From positions 45,453-109,452 of the forward strand of contig JAFRBH010000011.1 in NCBI GenBank assembly GCA_017404955.1: DNA of 64,000 nt, read 5' to 3'. Numbering within the stretch: the first letter of the stretch is position 1; the number at the start of each line of letters is the position of its first letter. The notes beneath the pieces are model-generated. The model ran no database searches. It was not told where the DNA came from and saw only the letters and a list, made by a program, of their open reading frames with translations. Origin of the DNA: Candidatus Saccharimonadota bacterium. GTDB taxonomy: Bacteria; Patescibacteriota; Saccharimonadia; Saccharimonadales; Saccharimonadaceae. Shown here in pieces: positions 1 to 8,000 of this stretch. The translations under genes were made by a program, and so were the position numbers.

Positions 1-11
1 TTAGCCCTGCC

Positions 12-896
12 ATGAAATTGAAGGGCTATATGGTTGGTAAGTTTGAGGTCAAACATGTATCTCTAGATTACAATGCGTCAAATCTTAGCAAAATTATTGC
101 TGATGGTGACCTCGTCATTTCTGCTGGTGGCGATGGCACCAGTTCCGTTGCCCTAAATGGTATCTTATTATCAAAGAAGAGCGCTACTCTAGCCGTCCTT
201 GGCTATGGCAATTTTAATGACTTTGCTCACACTCTCGGCTATACCTCTTTTGCAGAAGTTATCTCTGATTTTGAGAATACTAACCCCACAATTCTTTACC
301 CACTTGAAGCATCTATTGATGATGCTCATTATCGTTATGCCGCCTGCTATTTTACTATTGGTATGTTTGCGGAAAGCACTGAACTCTTTGATACTAAGAA
401 AACTCGTGGCACTCTCAAATCTGGTAAAAAGGGAATTACCTACTCGCTAAAGGAACTCGCCAAGTGGTATTTTAAAAACAAAAAAAGGAGTTTCCTTCCA
501 GATAGTATTAGGTTGAATGATAAACCTCTAAATACTTTCGCAACTCTGAAATCGGGTAAAAAAGCGGCTCGTGCTAAAGGCGACAAAGTTTCTGATATTA
601 TCTTCGTTAATGGTGAGACCGTAGCTAAACTTATGAAAGGCGGAAATTTTTGGAAGCGAAAAAATGAGTTTTTGCTTAGTGTCTCAAAACTTTCCAGCTT
701 CCACCGTCTTACTAGATTCATGAGCCGCAGTCGTTTTAAGCGTATCCCCGGGAAGATCGTGAGTAATCCTCAGAGAATCACTTTTGATGATGTCTCTGAA
801 ATAGAAATTCAGGGCGAGGGTGAATATCAAAAACTGGTTATTAAAAACTTAACCGTCCAAAAATCTGATGTTGGCATAAAAGTTCTCGCAAAATAG
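12..896 (+). CDS. Diacylglycerol/lipid kinase family protein (YegS/BmrU-like), possibly 5'-truncated at the window edge
   Basis: 294-aa ORF with the DAGK catalytic-domain signature 'SAGGDGTSS' near the N-terminus. The frame stays open back to position 3, so the true start may lie upstream of the window. Confidence 0.65.
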   Translation: MKLKGYMVGKFEVKHVSLDYNASNLSKIIADGDLVISAGGDGTSSVALNGILLSKKSATLAVLGYGNFNDFAHTLGYTSFAEVISDFENTNPTILYPLEASIDDAHYRYAACYFTIGMFAESTELFDTKKTRGTLKSGKKGITYSLKELAKWYFKNKKRSFLPDSIRLNDKPLNTFATLKSGKKAARAKGDKVSDIIFVNGETVAKLMKGGNFWKRKNEFLLSVSKLSSFHRLTRFMSRSRFKRIPGKIVSNPQRITFDDVSEIEIQGEGEYQKLVIKNLTVQKSDVGIKVLAK

Positions 897-915
897 AGAC
901 ATTTTTCTCTATCTA

Positions 916-924
916 TGTTATAAT
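916..924 (+). promoter_or_regulatory. Extended -10 promoter box TGtTATAAT upstream of pilin paralog P1
   Basis: TGtTATAAT at 916-924, 26 nt before the ATG at 951. Unlike most first genes here, this one has a short leader. Confidence 0.45.
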
Positions 925-950
925 TATAGAAAATAAACTGCGAGAATTAA

Positions 951-1400
951 ATGAACAAAGCTCTTAAAACTTCAATTCAAATAATTACTGGCCTTGGTGC
1001 CACACTCGCCTTGAGTGCTGGTAAGGCCATGGCTCTCTCCGTCCAAGAAGGTGCGGAGGCTGCACGTGCTGAAGGTATGCCTACTATGCTCATTGGGCCA
1101 TCTGGTGTGTTCACCCAGATCACCAATACCGTGCTTTATATTGTTGGTATCATTTCTGTTATTATGTTAATTTACGGCGGCCTACGCTATGTCATTTCTG
1201 GTGGTGACAGCAAAAAAGTTACGGACGCCAAAAATACTATTCTTTATGCCATCATTGGTCTTATTGTTTCTATTCTCGCCTTCGCCATTGTTAACTTCGT
1301 CATCAATGCTATTACCGGCGATAACAACAGCGCTGCTCACGTGGAAGGCATCGTCGAACAGCATCAAGAGGAAAACGACGGTCAAAACCAAAACAGCTAA
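951..1400 (+). CDS. T4SS pilin-like small membrane protein, paralog P1 (TrbC/VirB2-type topology)
   Basis: 149 aa with a signal peptide (..AGKAMA), a variable region, then a conserved two-helix hairpin 'IYGGLRYVISGGDSKKVTDAKNTILYAIIGLIVSILAFAIVNFV' shared with the ORFs at 2718-4828. Acidic/Gln-rich C-terminal tail. Confidence 0.8.
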   Translation: MNKALKTSIQIITGLGATLALSAGKAMALSVQEGAEAARAEGMPTMLIGPSGVFTQITNTVLYIVGIISVIMLIYGGLRYVISGGDSKKVTDAKNTILYAIIGLIVSILAFAIVNFVINAITGDNNSAAHVEGIVEQHQEENDGQNQNS

Positions 1401-2072
1401 TTACTTCTTAGCAGTTAAAATCACAGCCGCGGCTAAATACTTAGCCCCGGCTTTTTTCATTAAATCAATAGCTGACTCCATTGAAGCACCAGTAGTCCAA
1501 ACGTCATCAATCAATAAATAGGTTCTATTAGCGTCAATTGCTCCAGATTTAACCAAATAGGCTTCTTTAGCTTGTTTTTTTCTAGTTTTTGCATTAGCTC
1601 CCACCTGTACGGTGTTTTTATTACGATAAAGAACCTGGCAAAAAGAAAACGCCTCTCTCCTCTTCGCCAACGCTTTAGCTAGTCTTAGAGTATGATCAAA
1701 CCCTCGCTCCCTAATATGTTTCGGTGCTGTCGGCAGGGGGACAATTACCGCTTCACCAAAATCTTTTGGCAAAGCTATATCCAACATTTCCGCTAAAATT
1801 TTATCAAGTCCTCTAATCGACTGATATTTGTAATCTTCCGTCAGCTCTTTCATTAACCCGTCCCTGTAAAAAGCTGTGTAGACCGGAACTTCACATTTGC
1901 ATTTTTCTATGTTTTGCTTACACCTAGAACATATTTTTACCATTCGTGATATGTTGTTTTTTTTACAACATTCACACAAAACTCTTCCCAAGTGCCCACA
2001 ACCCCTGCAAGAGTAAGGAGCAATTAGGTCTAAAATGTTAGAAAATGTTGTAATTTTTACATCAAAACCCAT
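1401..2072 (-). CDS. comFC: ComF family protein (ComFC-type phosphoribosyltransferase-fold competence protein)
   Basis: 223 aa with an N-terminal Cys-rich zinc-finger-like segment (CRGCG..CECC..CSRC) and the C-terminal PRTase motif 'LLIDDVWTTGASM'. Its stop codon directly abuts the stop of P1, with no intergenic space. Confidence 0.8.
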   Translation of the reverse strand: MGFDVKITTFSNILDLIAPYSCRGCGHLGRVLCECCKKNNISRMVKICSRCKQNIEKCKCEVPVYTAFYRDGLMKELTEDYKYQSIRGLDKILAEMLDIALPKDFGEAVIVPLPTAPKHIRERGFDHTLRLAKALAKRREAFSFCQVLYRNKNTVQVGANAKTRKKQAKEAYLVKSGAIDANRTYLLIDDVWTTGASMESAIDLMKKAGAKYLAAAVILTAKK

Positions 2073-2079
2073 ATTTTAC

Positions 2080-2108
2080 TTGATTTTAGCAAAAAAGTGC
2101 TTTATAAT
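2080..2108 (+). promoter_or_regulatory. Sigma70-type promoter of hsp20 (TTGATT-17-TATAAT)
   Basis: TTGATT at 2080-2085, a 17-nt spacer, TATAAT at 2103-2108, followed by a leader carrying GGAGG at 2131-2135. On the opposite strand TGcTAAAAT (2091-2083) lies 10 nt upstream of the comFC ATG, so the two promoters are overlapping and divergent. Confidence 0.55.
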
Positions 2109-2139
2109 AAAGCATAACAATAACAATTGTGGAGGTACA

Positions 2140-2622
2140 ATGGCCAAAAGTAATGATGACATGCTGATGGAAGACGAACTCGCTGCCGCTTTTTTGGATG
2201 ACAGCAACGCCGAAGCTCCTGTCGCAGAAGAACCTGTAGACGCAGAAGCAGCACCAGCAGACGACGACGGGTGGGATAACGCCGACGAATTTCCAGGACA
2301 GCTCGCTGTAGATGTCTACGAAACCGCCGACAAATTAGTAGTAAAAGCCCGCACTGCTGGCATTTCCAAGTCTGACTTGGACGTTAGCATTTCGGATAAC
2401 ATTCTAACCATCTCTGGTATCTTAAGCGGTGGTGAAGATGAGCACACTACTCGTTGGCACATTCAAGAGTGCTATTGGGGCGAATTCTCTCGTACCATCG
2501 CTCTTCCTGTTCAAGTTAAGGAAGACGAAAACAGTGTTAAAGCTGAACTAAAAGATGGTGTTCTTACTATTACCTTTGAGAAGGAAAAAGTAGAAGCTCC
2601 AAAGAAGATTCAGATTCAATAA
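2140..2622 (+). CDS. Hsp20/alpha-crystallin family small heat-shock protein
   Basis: Alpha-crystallin domain pattern ('PGQLAVDVYETADKLVVKARTAGISKSDLDVSISDNILTISG ... FSRTIALP..V....VKAELKDGVLTITFEK'). I chose the ATG at 2140, which is preceded by GGAGG, over the ORF-track start at 2035. Confidence 0.85.
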   Translation: MAKSNDDMLMEDELAAAFLDDSNAEAPVAEEPVDAEAAPADDDGWDNADEFPGQLAVDVYETADKLVVKARTAGISKSDLDVSISDNILTISGILSGGEDEHTTRWHIQECYWGEFSRTIALPVQVKEDENSVKAELKDGVLTITFEKEKVEAPKKIQIQ

Positions 2623-2642
2623 TCTGATTTCACCTAGAAATA

Positions 2643-2668
2643 AACCCCTAAGCGATTAGGGGTTTTCT
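2643..2668. terminator. Rho-independent terminator between convergent hsp20 and pilin P2
   Basis: Perfect 9-bp stem AACCCCTAA/TTAGGGGTT (2643-2651 and 2656-2664) with a 4-nt loop and a following T-run. Confidence 0.7.
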
Positions 2669-2717
2669 GATGCTATAATGTCACAATGAACTTCTTAGAG
2701 CAAAAGCTTATTATTTA

Positions 2718-3131
2718 TTACTCTCCGCCACCAAACACTTCAGTCAGCACAAAGTTGACAATTGCAAATGCAAGAAGTGCAATTACCAAGCCAATCACAC
2801 CATACAGTATAGTATTCTTTGCTTTAGCCGCTTTAGCAGGATCACCTTGAGAAGTAATATAGTTAACTCCACCAAGGATAATTACCAACACGGTTACAAT
2901 ACCAAGTACCGCCAAAATTACATTAATAATTACCTGAATAGTATCCATCAGGCCTTTGCCTTCTTCATCCGGCGCCACATTACATTCAGCCAAAGTATTA
3001 GCAGAAATACCTTTTTCAGCACGGATAGAGCCCGCAGGACAATCCACTGCCATTGCCGGCTGAGCTACAAAAAGGGAAAAGACGCCTGCCACTGCTACTG
3101 CCGCACTCGCTACCAAACTTTTTATTTTCAT
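2718..3131 (-). CDS. T4SS pilin-like small membrane protein, paralog P2
   Basis: 137 aa with signal peptide '..AQPAMA', a variable segment containing two Cys, and the conserved hairpin 'GGVNYITSQGDPAKAAKAKNTILYGVIGLVIALLAFAIVNFVL'. It has its own SD (AAGGAG) and a TGaTATAGT box upstream. Confidence 0.85.
   Translation of the reverse strand: MKIKSLVASAAVAVAGVFSLFVAQPAMAVDCPAGSIRAEKGISANTLAECNVAPDEEGKGLMDTIQVIINVILAVLGIVTVLVIILGGVNYITSQGDPAKAAKAKNTILYGVIGLVIALLAFAIVNFVLTEVFGGGE
2752..2786. repeat. 35-nt tract identical to 3251-3285 (pilin P2 and P3)
   Basis: aagttgacaattgcaaatgcaagaagtgcaattac occurs identically in both paralogs and encodes the 'ALLAFAIVNF' helix. The flanking bases differ. 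Confidence 0.9.
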
Positions 3132-3183
3132 TTATCATGCTCCTTAAAATTACTTACCTATACTATATCACATTTCTTATCAC

Positions 3184-3213
3184 AAAAAAAGCTCCCTAAG
3201 AAAGGGAGCTTTT
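3184..3213 (-). terminator. Rho-independent terminator downstream of pilin P3
   Basis: 10-bp stem AAAGCTCCCT/AGGGAGCTTT (3188-3197 and 3203-3212) with a 5-nt loop. The A7 run at 3184-3190 is a U-run on the minus strand. Confidence 0.75.
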
Positions 3214-3222
3214 GAAATTCTA

Positions 3223-3612
3223 TTAAGCATTGAATACGTTAGTAAGAATGAAGTTGACAATTGCAAATGCAAGAAGTGCAATTACAAGACCGACGACACC
3301 GTAGAGAATGGTATTCTTAGCCTTGGTAACCTTAGCGGCATCACCAGAAGAAGTAGTGTATTGAACACCACCCATGATAATCATGACAACAGCTACGAAG
3401 CCGATCACACCAAGAGCTACGTTAATGATAAGGTTGAGAATAGACATTAAATCGCGGCTATCACCAGTAGCTGCCTGTTGTGCGGCGGTACCAGTATATT
3501 TCTGTGCTGGGGTCTCTGCACTCACGGCAGGAGCAATCAAAGCAGAAGCAGTAAGAGTCGCTGTAGCTGCTAGACCCATTGTTACCATTTTGATTTTGTC
3601 TGTAATCTTCAT
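3223..3612 (-). CDS. T4SS pilin-like small membrane protein, paralog P3
   Basis: 129 aa with signal peptide '..APAVSA', a Cys-free variable segment and the hairpin 'GGVQYTTSSGDAAKVTKAKNTILYGVVGLVIALLAFAIVNFIL'. It has its own TGgTATAAT box (3652-3644, minus strand) and an SD. Confidence 0.85.
   Translation of the reverse strand: MKITDKIKMVTMGLAATATLTASALIAPAVSAETPAQKYTGTAAQQAATGDSRDLMSILNLIINVALGVIGFVAVVMIIMGGVQYTTSSGDAAKVTKAKNTILYGVVGLVIALLAFAIVNFILTNVFNA
3251..3285. repeat. 35-nt tract identical to 2752-2786
   Basis: See 2752-2786; the match was read directly from the sequence. Confidence 0.9.
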
Positions 3613-3685
3613 AGAATTTTTTCCTTTAGATTATTTTAATATAATTATACCACAAACTTATTTGTGAGCAAGATTTTTCTTTAAT

Positions 3686-4084
3686 TTACGTGGATGATCC
3701 AAAAATACCACCTAATACGAAGTTCACTATTGCAAATGCCAATATCGCTATAATTAAGCCCACCAGGGAATAAATCAACATATTTCGGGCTTGTTCTATC
3801 TGTCCAGGTTCCCCACTAGAGGTAGCGTATCTTTGGCCAGCTACGACAATCATAACTACTGCTACAATCCCTACTATCGTTATTGCACCATTTATTAACC
3901 CTTGAACTATATTCGGTGCCTGTCCGCTTTCACTACAACCAAGAGCCGCTTTTTGGGCTTCGTCCAAATCCGACGCACAAGCCTCTTTCGTGACCGCATT
4001 TTCTGCCATCACCGGTGTTATTGCCAAAAATCCTGCAAAAGCTGCTATTACTATTGCTAAAATTGCTACGCCTAATTTTCTCAT
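3686..4084 (-). CDS. T4SS pilin-like small membrane protein, paralog P4
   Basis: 132 aa with signal peptide '..TPVMA', a variable segment with two Cys, and the hairpin 'AGQRYATSSGEPGQIEQARNMLIYSLVGLIIAILAFAIVNFVL'. Its start overlaps the P5 stop (ATGA). Confidence 0.8.
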   Translation of the reverse strand: MRKLGVAILAIVIAAFAGFLAITPVMAENAVTKEACASDLDEAQKAALGCSESGQAPNIVQGLINGAITIVGIVAVVMIVVAGQRYATSSGEPGQIEQARNMLIYSLVGLIIAILAFAIVNFVLGGIFGSST

Positions 4085-4383
4085 TCTGCTCCTCCTGTCG
4101 TGGCCGCATCCCCAGCCAAATTAAATATGAAGTTCACAATCGCAAATGCTAATGCCACTATCACCAAACCAACAAGTGCATAAGCTACAATCTGTTTTGC
4201 TTGCTTAATCTTATCTGGTTGCCCTTGTGCAGCCAAAAACTTAATTGCGCCATAAATAATTACACCTACGGCAATCAATCCCGCCGCTGTTAATACCCAG
4301 TTCACAATATTACTAAGCCCTACTGCCGATGTGTCAGCCTTTGGCAAATTATCTAATGCTGTCAAATTACCGTCCATTTTCAT
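4081..4383 (-). CDS. T4SS pilin-like small membrane protein, paralog P5, with no recognisable signal peptide
   Basis: 100 aa with the hairpin 'YGAIKFLAAQGQPDKIKQAKQIVAYALVGLVIVALAFAIVNFIF'. The N-terminus 'MKMDGNLTALDNLPKADTS' is hydrophilic. The start lies 1 nt after the P6 stop. Confidence 0.75.
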   Translation of the reverse strand: MKMDGNLTALDNLPKADTSAVGLSNIVNWVLTAAGLIAVGVIIYGAIKFLAAQGQPDKIKQAKQIVAYALVGLVIVALAFAIVNFIFNLAGDAATTGGAE

Positions 4384-4384
4384 C

Positions 4385-4828
4385 CTAGCTTGCTCCCAAA
4401 ATTGTCATTATTGTATTCATAATTACGCTTGCGAATATCGAAATTAAAAGTCCAACTGTCGCAGCAATCAAAGTTTTCTTACCACGTTCAGCTCTATCTG
4501 GCAAACCTCTAGAAAACATATAAAGATAGCCGCCCCACGCCACCATTATGACTGCAATATAGCCGACCAAAACAGAGAGATCAATCAGAATATTGAGTAC
4601 AATTTTCCAAACGAAAGTCGGTAACTCATCTTGTGTTGGGGTTTTTATCTCACATTTACCATTAATATTGGTGGTTAAGCCCTCGTACCACGGCCTAAGC
4701 CCAAAAAATGCTGTCGAGCCACCACAACCACCACTGTCCCCATCATCGGCATAGACTGCGCCAGTTGTTGCCACCACCCCAGTTAGCATTGTCATTACCA
4801 ACATCAAACTTAAAATAATCTTTTTCAT
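4385..4828 (-). CDS. Divergent T4SS pilin-like membrane protein, paralog P6
   Basis: 147 aa with a signal peptide, a Gly/Cys-containing exposed segment (two Cys), and a two-helix hairpin 'WGGYLYMFSRGLPDRAERGKKTLIAATVGLLISIFASVIMN'. Topology matches the other paralogs but sequence is more distant. First gene of the P6-P5-P4 operon. Confidence 0.65.
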   Translation of the reverse strand: MKKIILSLMLVMTMLTGVVATTGAVYADDGDSGGCGGSTAFFGLRPWYEGLTTNINGKCEIKTPTQDELPTFVWKIVLNILIDLSVLVGYIAVIMVAWGGYLYMFSRGLPDRAERGKKTLIAATVGLLISIFASVIMNTIMTILGAS

Positions 4829-4834
4829 ACTTTT

Positions 4835-4843
4835 ATGATATCA
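4835..4843 (-). promoter_or_regulatory. Extended -10 box (TGaTATCAT) 6 nt upstream of the P6 ATG
   Basis: The minus strand reads TGTGATATCAT-AAAAGT-ATG. There is no SD, so the mRNA is predicted to be leaderless. Confidence 0.45.
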
Positions 4844-4931
4844 CACTTTTGGGGAAGACACTAGATTTTGCAGCCTAAAAACTAAACATAAACACAATCT
4901 AGACAAAAAAGCAAAAATATCTATTTTGCTC

Positions 4932-4960
4932 TTGACTATTTCGCTTATGTGTGCTATAAT
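4932..4960 (+). promoter_or_regulatory. Near-consensus sigma70 promoter of the T4SS structural operon
   Basis: TTGACT (4932-4937), a 17-nt spacer, and TGcTATAAT with the hexamer at 4955-4960. Confidence 0.7.
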
Positions 4961-4969
4961 TAACAGAGA

Positions 4970-4997
4970 TACCTGAAAAATCTCAGGTGTTTTAATT
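4970..4997 (+). promoter_or_regulatory. Small hairpin plus U-tract in the 5' leader of the VirB6-like gene
   Basis: Stem TACCTGA (4970-4976) pairs with TCAGGTG (4983-4989); that is 6 Watson-Crick pairs plus one G-U pair. The loop is 6 nt and is followed by TTTTAATT. Confidence 0.3.
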
Positions 4998-5008
4998 GGG
5001 CAAACAAA

Positions 5009-8000
5009 ATGAAATTATTCAAATCGCTTAAAGAACGTTTGAAGTTACCCCATTTTGATAGGGCAAAAATGCCATTTATTGGGGTAATTTTGGTCGCTTT
5101 CTTAGCGATTTTTGCTATTAACACTACCCCTGTTATGACCACCAACGTCTATGCTGAACCCGCTGAAGCCGTATCTGCAGCTGATGAAACTTGTTACACC
5201 CAAGTTGGTGCTCTTGGTTGGTTTATCTGTCCAGGGACCGGTGTTCTTGCTAAGGCTATTGATGCAGTTTATGGCATTATCAAAGAACTTCTTACTGTTC
5301 AACCTCTGTTTAATAACGATACTTCACCAATATTCCAAGTCTGGCAAATTATGCGGGATATTACGAATATTGTGTTTGTTATCATGTTGCTGATTATCAT
5401 TTATTCTCAGGTCACAGGGATAGGAATCGCCAACTACGGCATTAAAAAAGCCCTGCCAAAGTTGATTATTTCCGCCGTGTTAGTGAACTTATCTTTCTTA
5501 ATCTGTGCTCTGGCAGTCGATAGTAGCAACGTCATTGGTGCTAGCTTGCGTGAAGTTTTTGAAGGCATAGAAGTAAATGCTATCAACAGCGGTGGCCTTG
5601 GTACTGCCGCTCAAGTTACTTGGACCGATCTCGCTTCAGCACTTGTTAGTGGTGGTACCGTAGCCGGTGTTGCTATTGGGGTTGCCGGTGGTCTTGGCGC
5701 CTTCCTTTGGCCAGTACTTGCCGCTATGATTTGTGGCGTTCTTTCCGTGCTAGTTGGTCTTATTACTATTGGACTCCGTCAAGCACTCGTCGCTATGCTG
5801 GTGATGATTGCTCCACTAGCCTTCGTTGCCTATCTCTTGCCAAACACTGAGCAATACTTCAAAAAATGGAAAGATACCCTTATCGCTATGCTTATCTTTT
5901 ATCCAATGTTTAGTCTACTCTTTGGGGCATCACAACTCGCTGGCTGGGCAATCATTGCCTCTTCTGGAAACGCCGGTAATCTTGGCCCATTCTTCATTGT
6001 TCTCGGTATGGCAGTACAAGTATTTCCACTATTCTTGTCGGTTTCTCTTCTAAAGATGAGTAACACCATCCTTGGCACTGTCAGCAGCAAACTTGATAAT
6101 CTGTTCAACAAACCAAAAGAAGGAATTCGCGCTTTTGCCGATCAAAATCGTCAACTTGCTATGAATAGACACGTCAATAATTCCGCTCTCCCTAGTGCAC
6201 ATCTACGCAGATTTCTAGATGGTCAGAAACGCAAGCTAGACATTGGTGCCGAAAACGCTGAAAAAATCAGACGCGGTAACGCTGAAATCTGGGCTCAGAG
6301 AAGAATTGCTAATATGATGAAGTACGACCCGGCTGATTCCGAAAAATACACTAAGGGCGAAAAACAAGCAGACGGTAAGGTTAAGCAATACTACCTCAAA
6401 GCCGATGCTTTCACTAGAGATGCTAAAATGGCAGGGAACATCGAAATGGATGTCAAGACCGCTCAAGATGACGCAAAACATCTTATTGCTAATAGCTACG
6501 GCGAATATTATGGTAAAACCCATCAAGATAAAGCTCTCGCAGATCATGGCGCCAAGAGCTTCAAGGAAATGAACCGTGCCACCTTTACTACAGTCAATGA
6601 TGATGAAGCCGACTTTAACTATTTGACTAGTGAATATCTCAAAGCCGCCAATGCTGGCCACGACAGTTATCAATACAAGCACTTTGTTGAATCTGCTGGT
6701 GGTAGTCTTGGTGAGCTTGGTTCTACCAGTGTGCTTGGTCAGCTCATCGCTAAAGCCGCTGCTAATGAAGCTCGCCACCGTCACGACTTTGGCATTCTTG
6801 GTGCTAAATTCAATATTGATAAACGCGCTTTCCGCAATATGGTTACCGGTTACTATGTCAATGATGATGGTCTTGCTACTTATGCTCCAGATGCCGATGG
6901 TAATCAAAGTAAAGCCTACTATATCAACGATAAAAATGAGCGTGTCTATGAGCAATATCCAGGTGAATTCTTAAAATACCACCCAGAAGCTCTTCACCCA
7001 TACCAACTTCGCGATGAAAACGGTGCCTACTTTGTGATGAAAGATCTCAATGGCAACTTTGTCACTAGGATTTACAAACATAACACACCTGTTATGAAAG
7101 AAATTTTCCAAAACTTTGATACTGTTATTCAGGACCCAATCGATGGTCTTTACGGTATGTTGGCCGGTATCAAGGAAGGCACCTACACCGAAGTTAAAGA
7201 CGAAAATGGCAATGTTATTGCCCGCCTTCCAGACGTAGGCTTTAGTAATCTCCGCACCACAGTTGGTCGCTCTATTCAAGGCGCTAACTTCAAAGAGAAA
7301 GCTGCTTTTGCTGGACCAATGTATACCACCGCCGTTGCTCGTGGCTATATCAAAAACTTTACAGACAACAACATCCACCGCTTAGATGGCATTATCAAAG
7401 CCGTCAAAGCTGGTAACTTCAACATCCAGGATAAATTTGAGCTCGAACTTCTTGCCGACCTTATGAACCCAGAGAACTTCGTTAACGGGCGTCTTGAGTA
7501 TCTGTTCCCATATGAAGATCTAAAAACCGCCTTCGATGTTAATGGTAAACAGCTACGTGGTACTAAGATTAATGAAGATGGCAGCACTTCTGATGTCGAA
7601 CCAGAAAAAGCTACTTACGAACAATTGTTAAACACCGTCAAGAAGAAATATCTCTTCCCAGCCTCTCAGGCTATCGCCTATATGATGTCTCGCGCCACTA
7701 CGCCAAATGTCGCCGATGCTCAAAAATCTGGTTCTGCCGAAGCTTGGGGACTTCTTGCTAATTCCATCGATAAATGGACCGACCCTAAGCTTGCTAAAGA
7801 TGCCCATCTACCAAACCCATACAAGCGCAGCTCGAATACTGTTGACACAGCTTATGAAATGCAGAAAAAAATTCGTGAAAGTTCTACTCCAACAAAAGCT
7901 AAGAGTGCCTATAGTAATAACAATCCTGCCTCATCAGATGATATCATCAGAAACCACCAAAAAAATATTCCTGAACCAAATCCTATAGACCAATATAATC

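Noticed and set aside
2084-2102. A CIRCE- or HAIR-type heat-shock operator upstream of hsp20 (TTAGCA...TGCT)
   Set aside because: Only a 4-bp inverted repeat (AGCA/TGCT) is present. There is no match to TTAGCACTC-N9-GAGTGCTAA.
2035-2139. N-terminal extensions proposed by the ORF track for hsp20 (2035), dnaA (22605), the first ABC subunit (TTG 22935), rnpA (26322), the lipoprotein (60839), murC (GTG 58958) and GtrA (57646)
   Set aside because: In each case a downstream ATG is preceded by a GGAGG-type SD or by a TGnTATAAT box at leaderless spacing. The extension either overlaps a terminator or neighbouring gene or adds non-homologous residues.
6236-6955. A 239-aa ORF on the minus strand, plus other internal ORFs at 5826-6111, 6630-6974, 6971-7378 and 7345-7587
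   Set aside because: All are wholly contained in, and antisense or out of frame to, the 1074-aa VirB6-like ORF. The translations are Ile/Phe/Ser-rich low-information sequence with no start signals. They are shadow ORFs.
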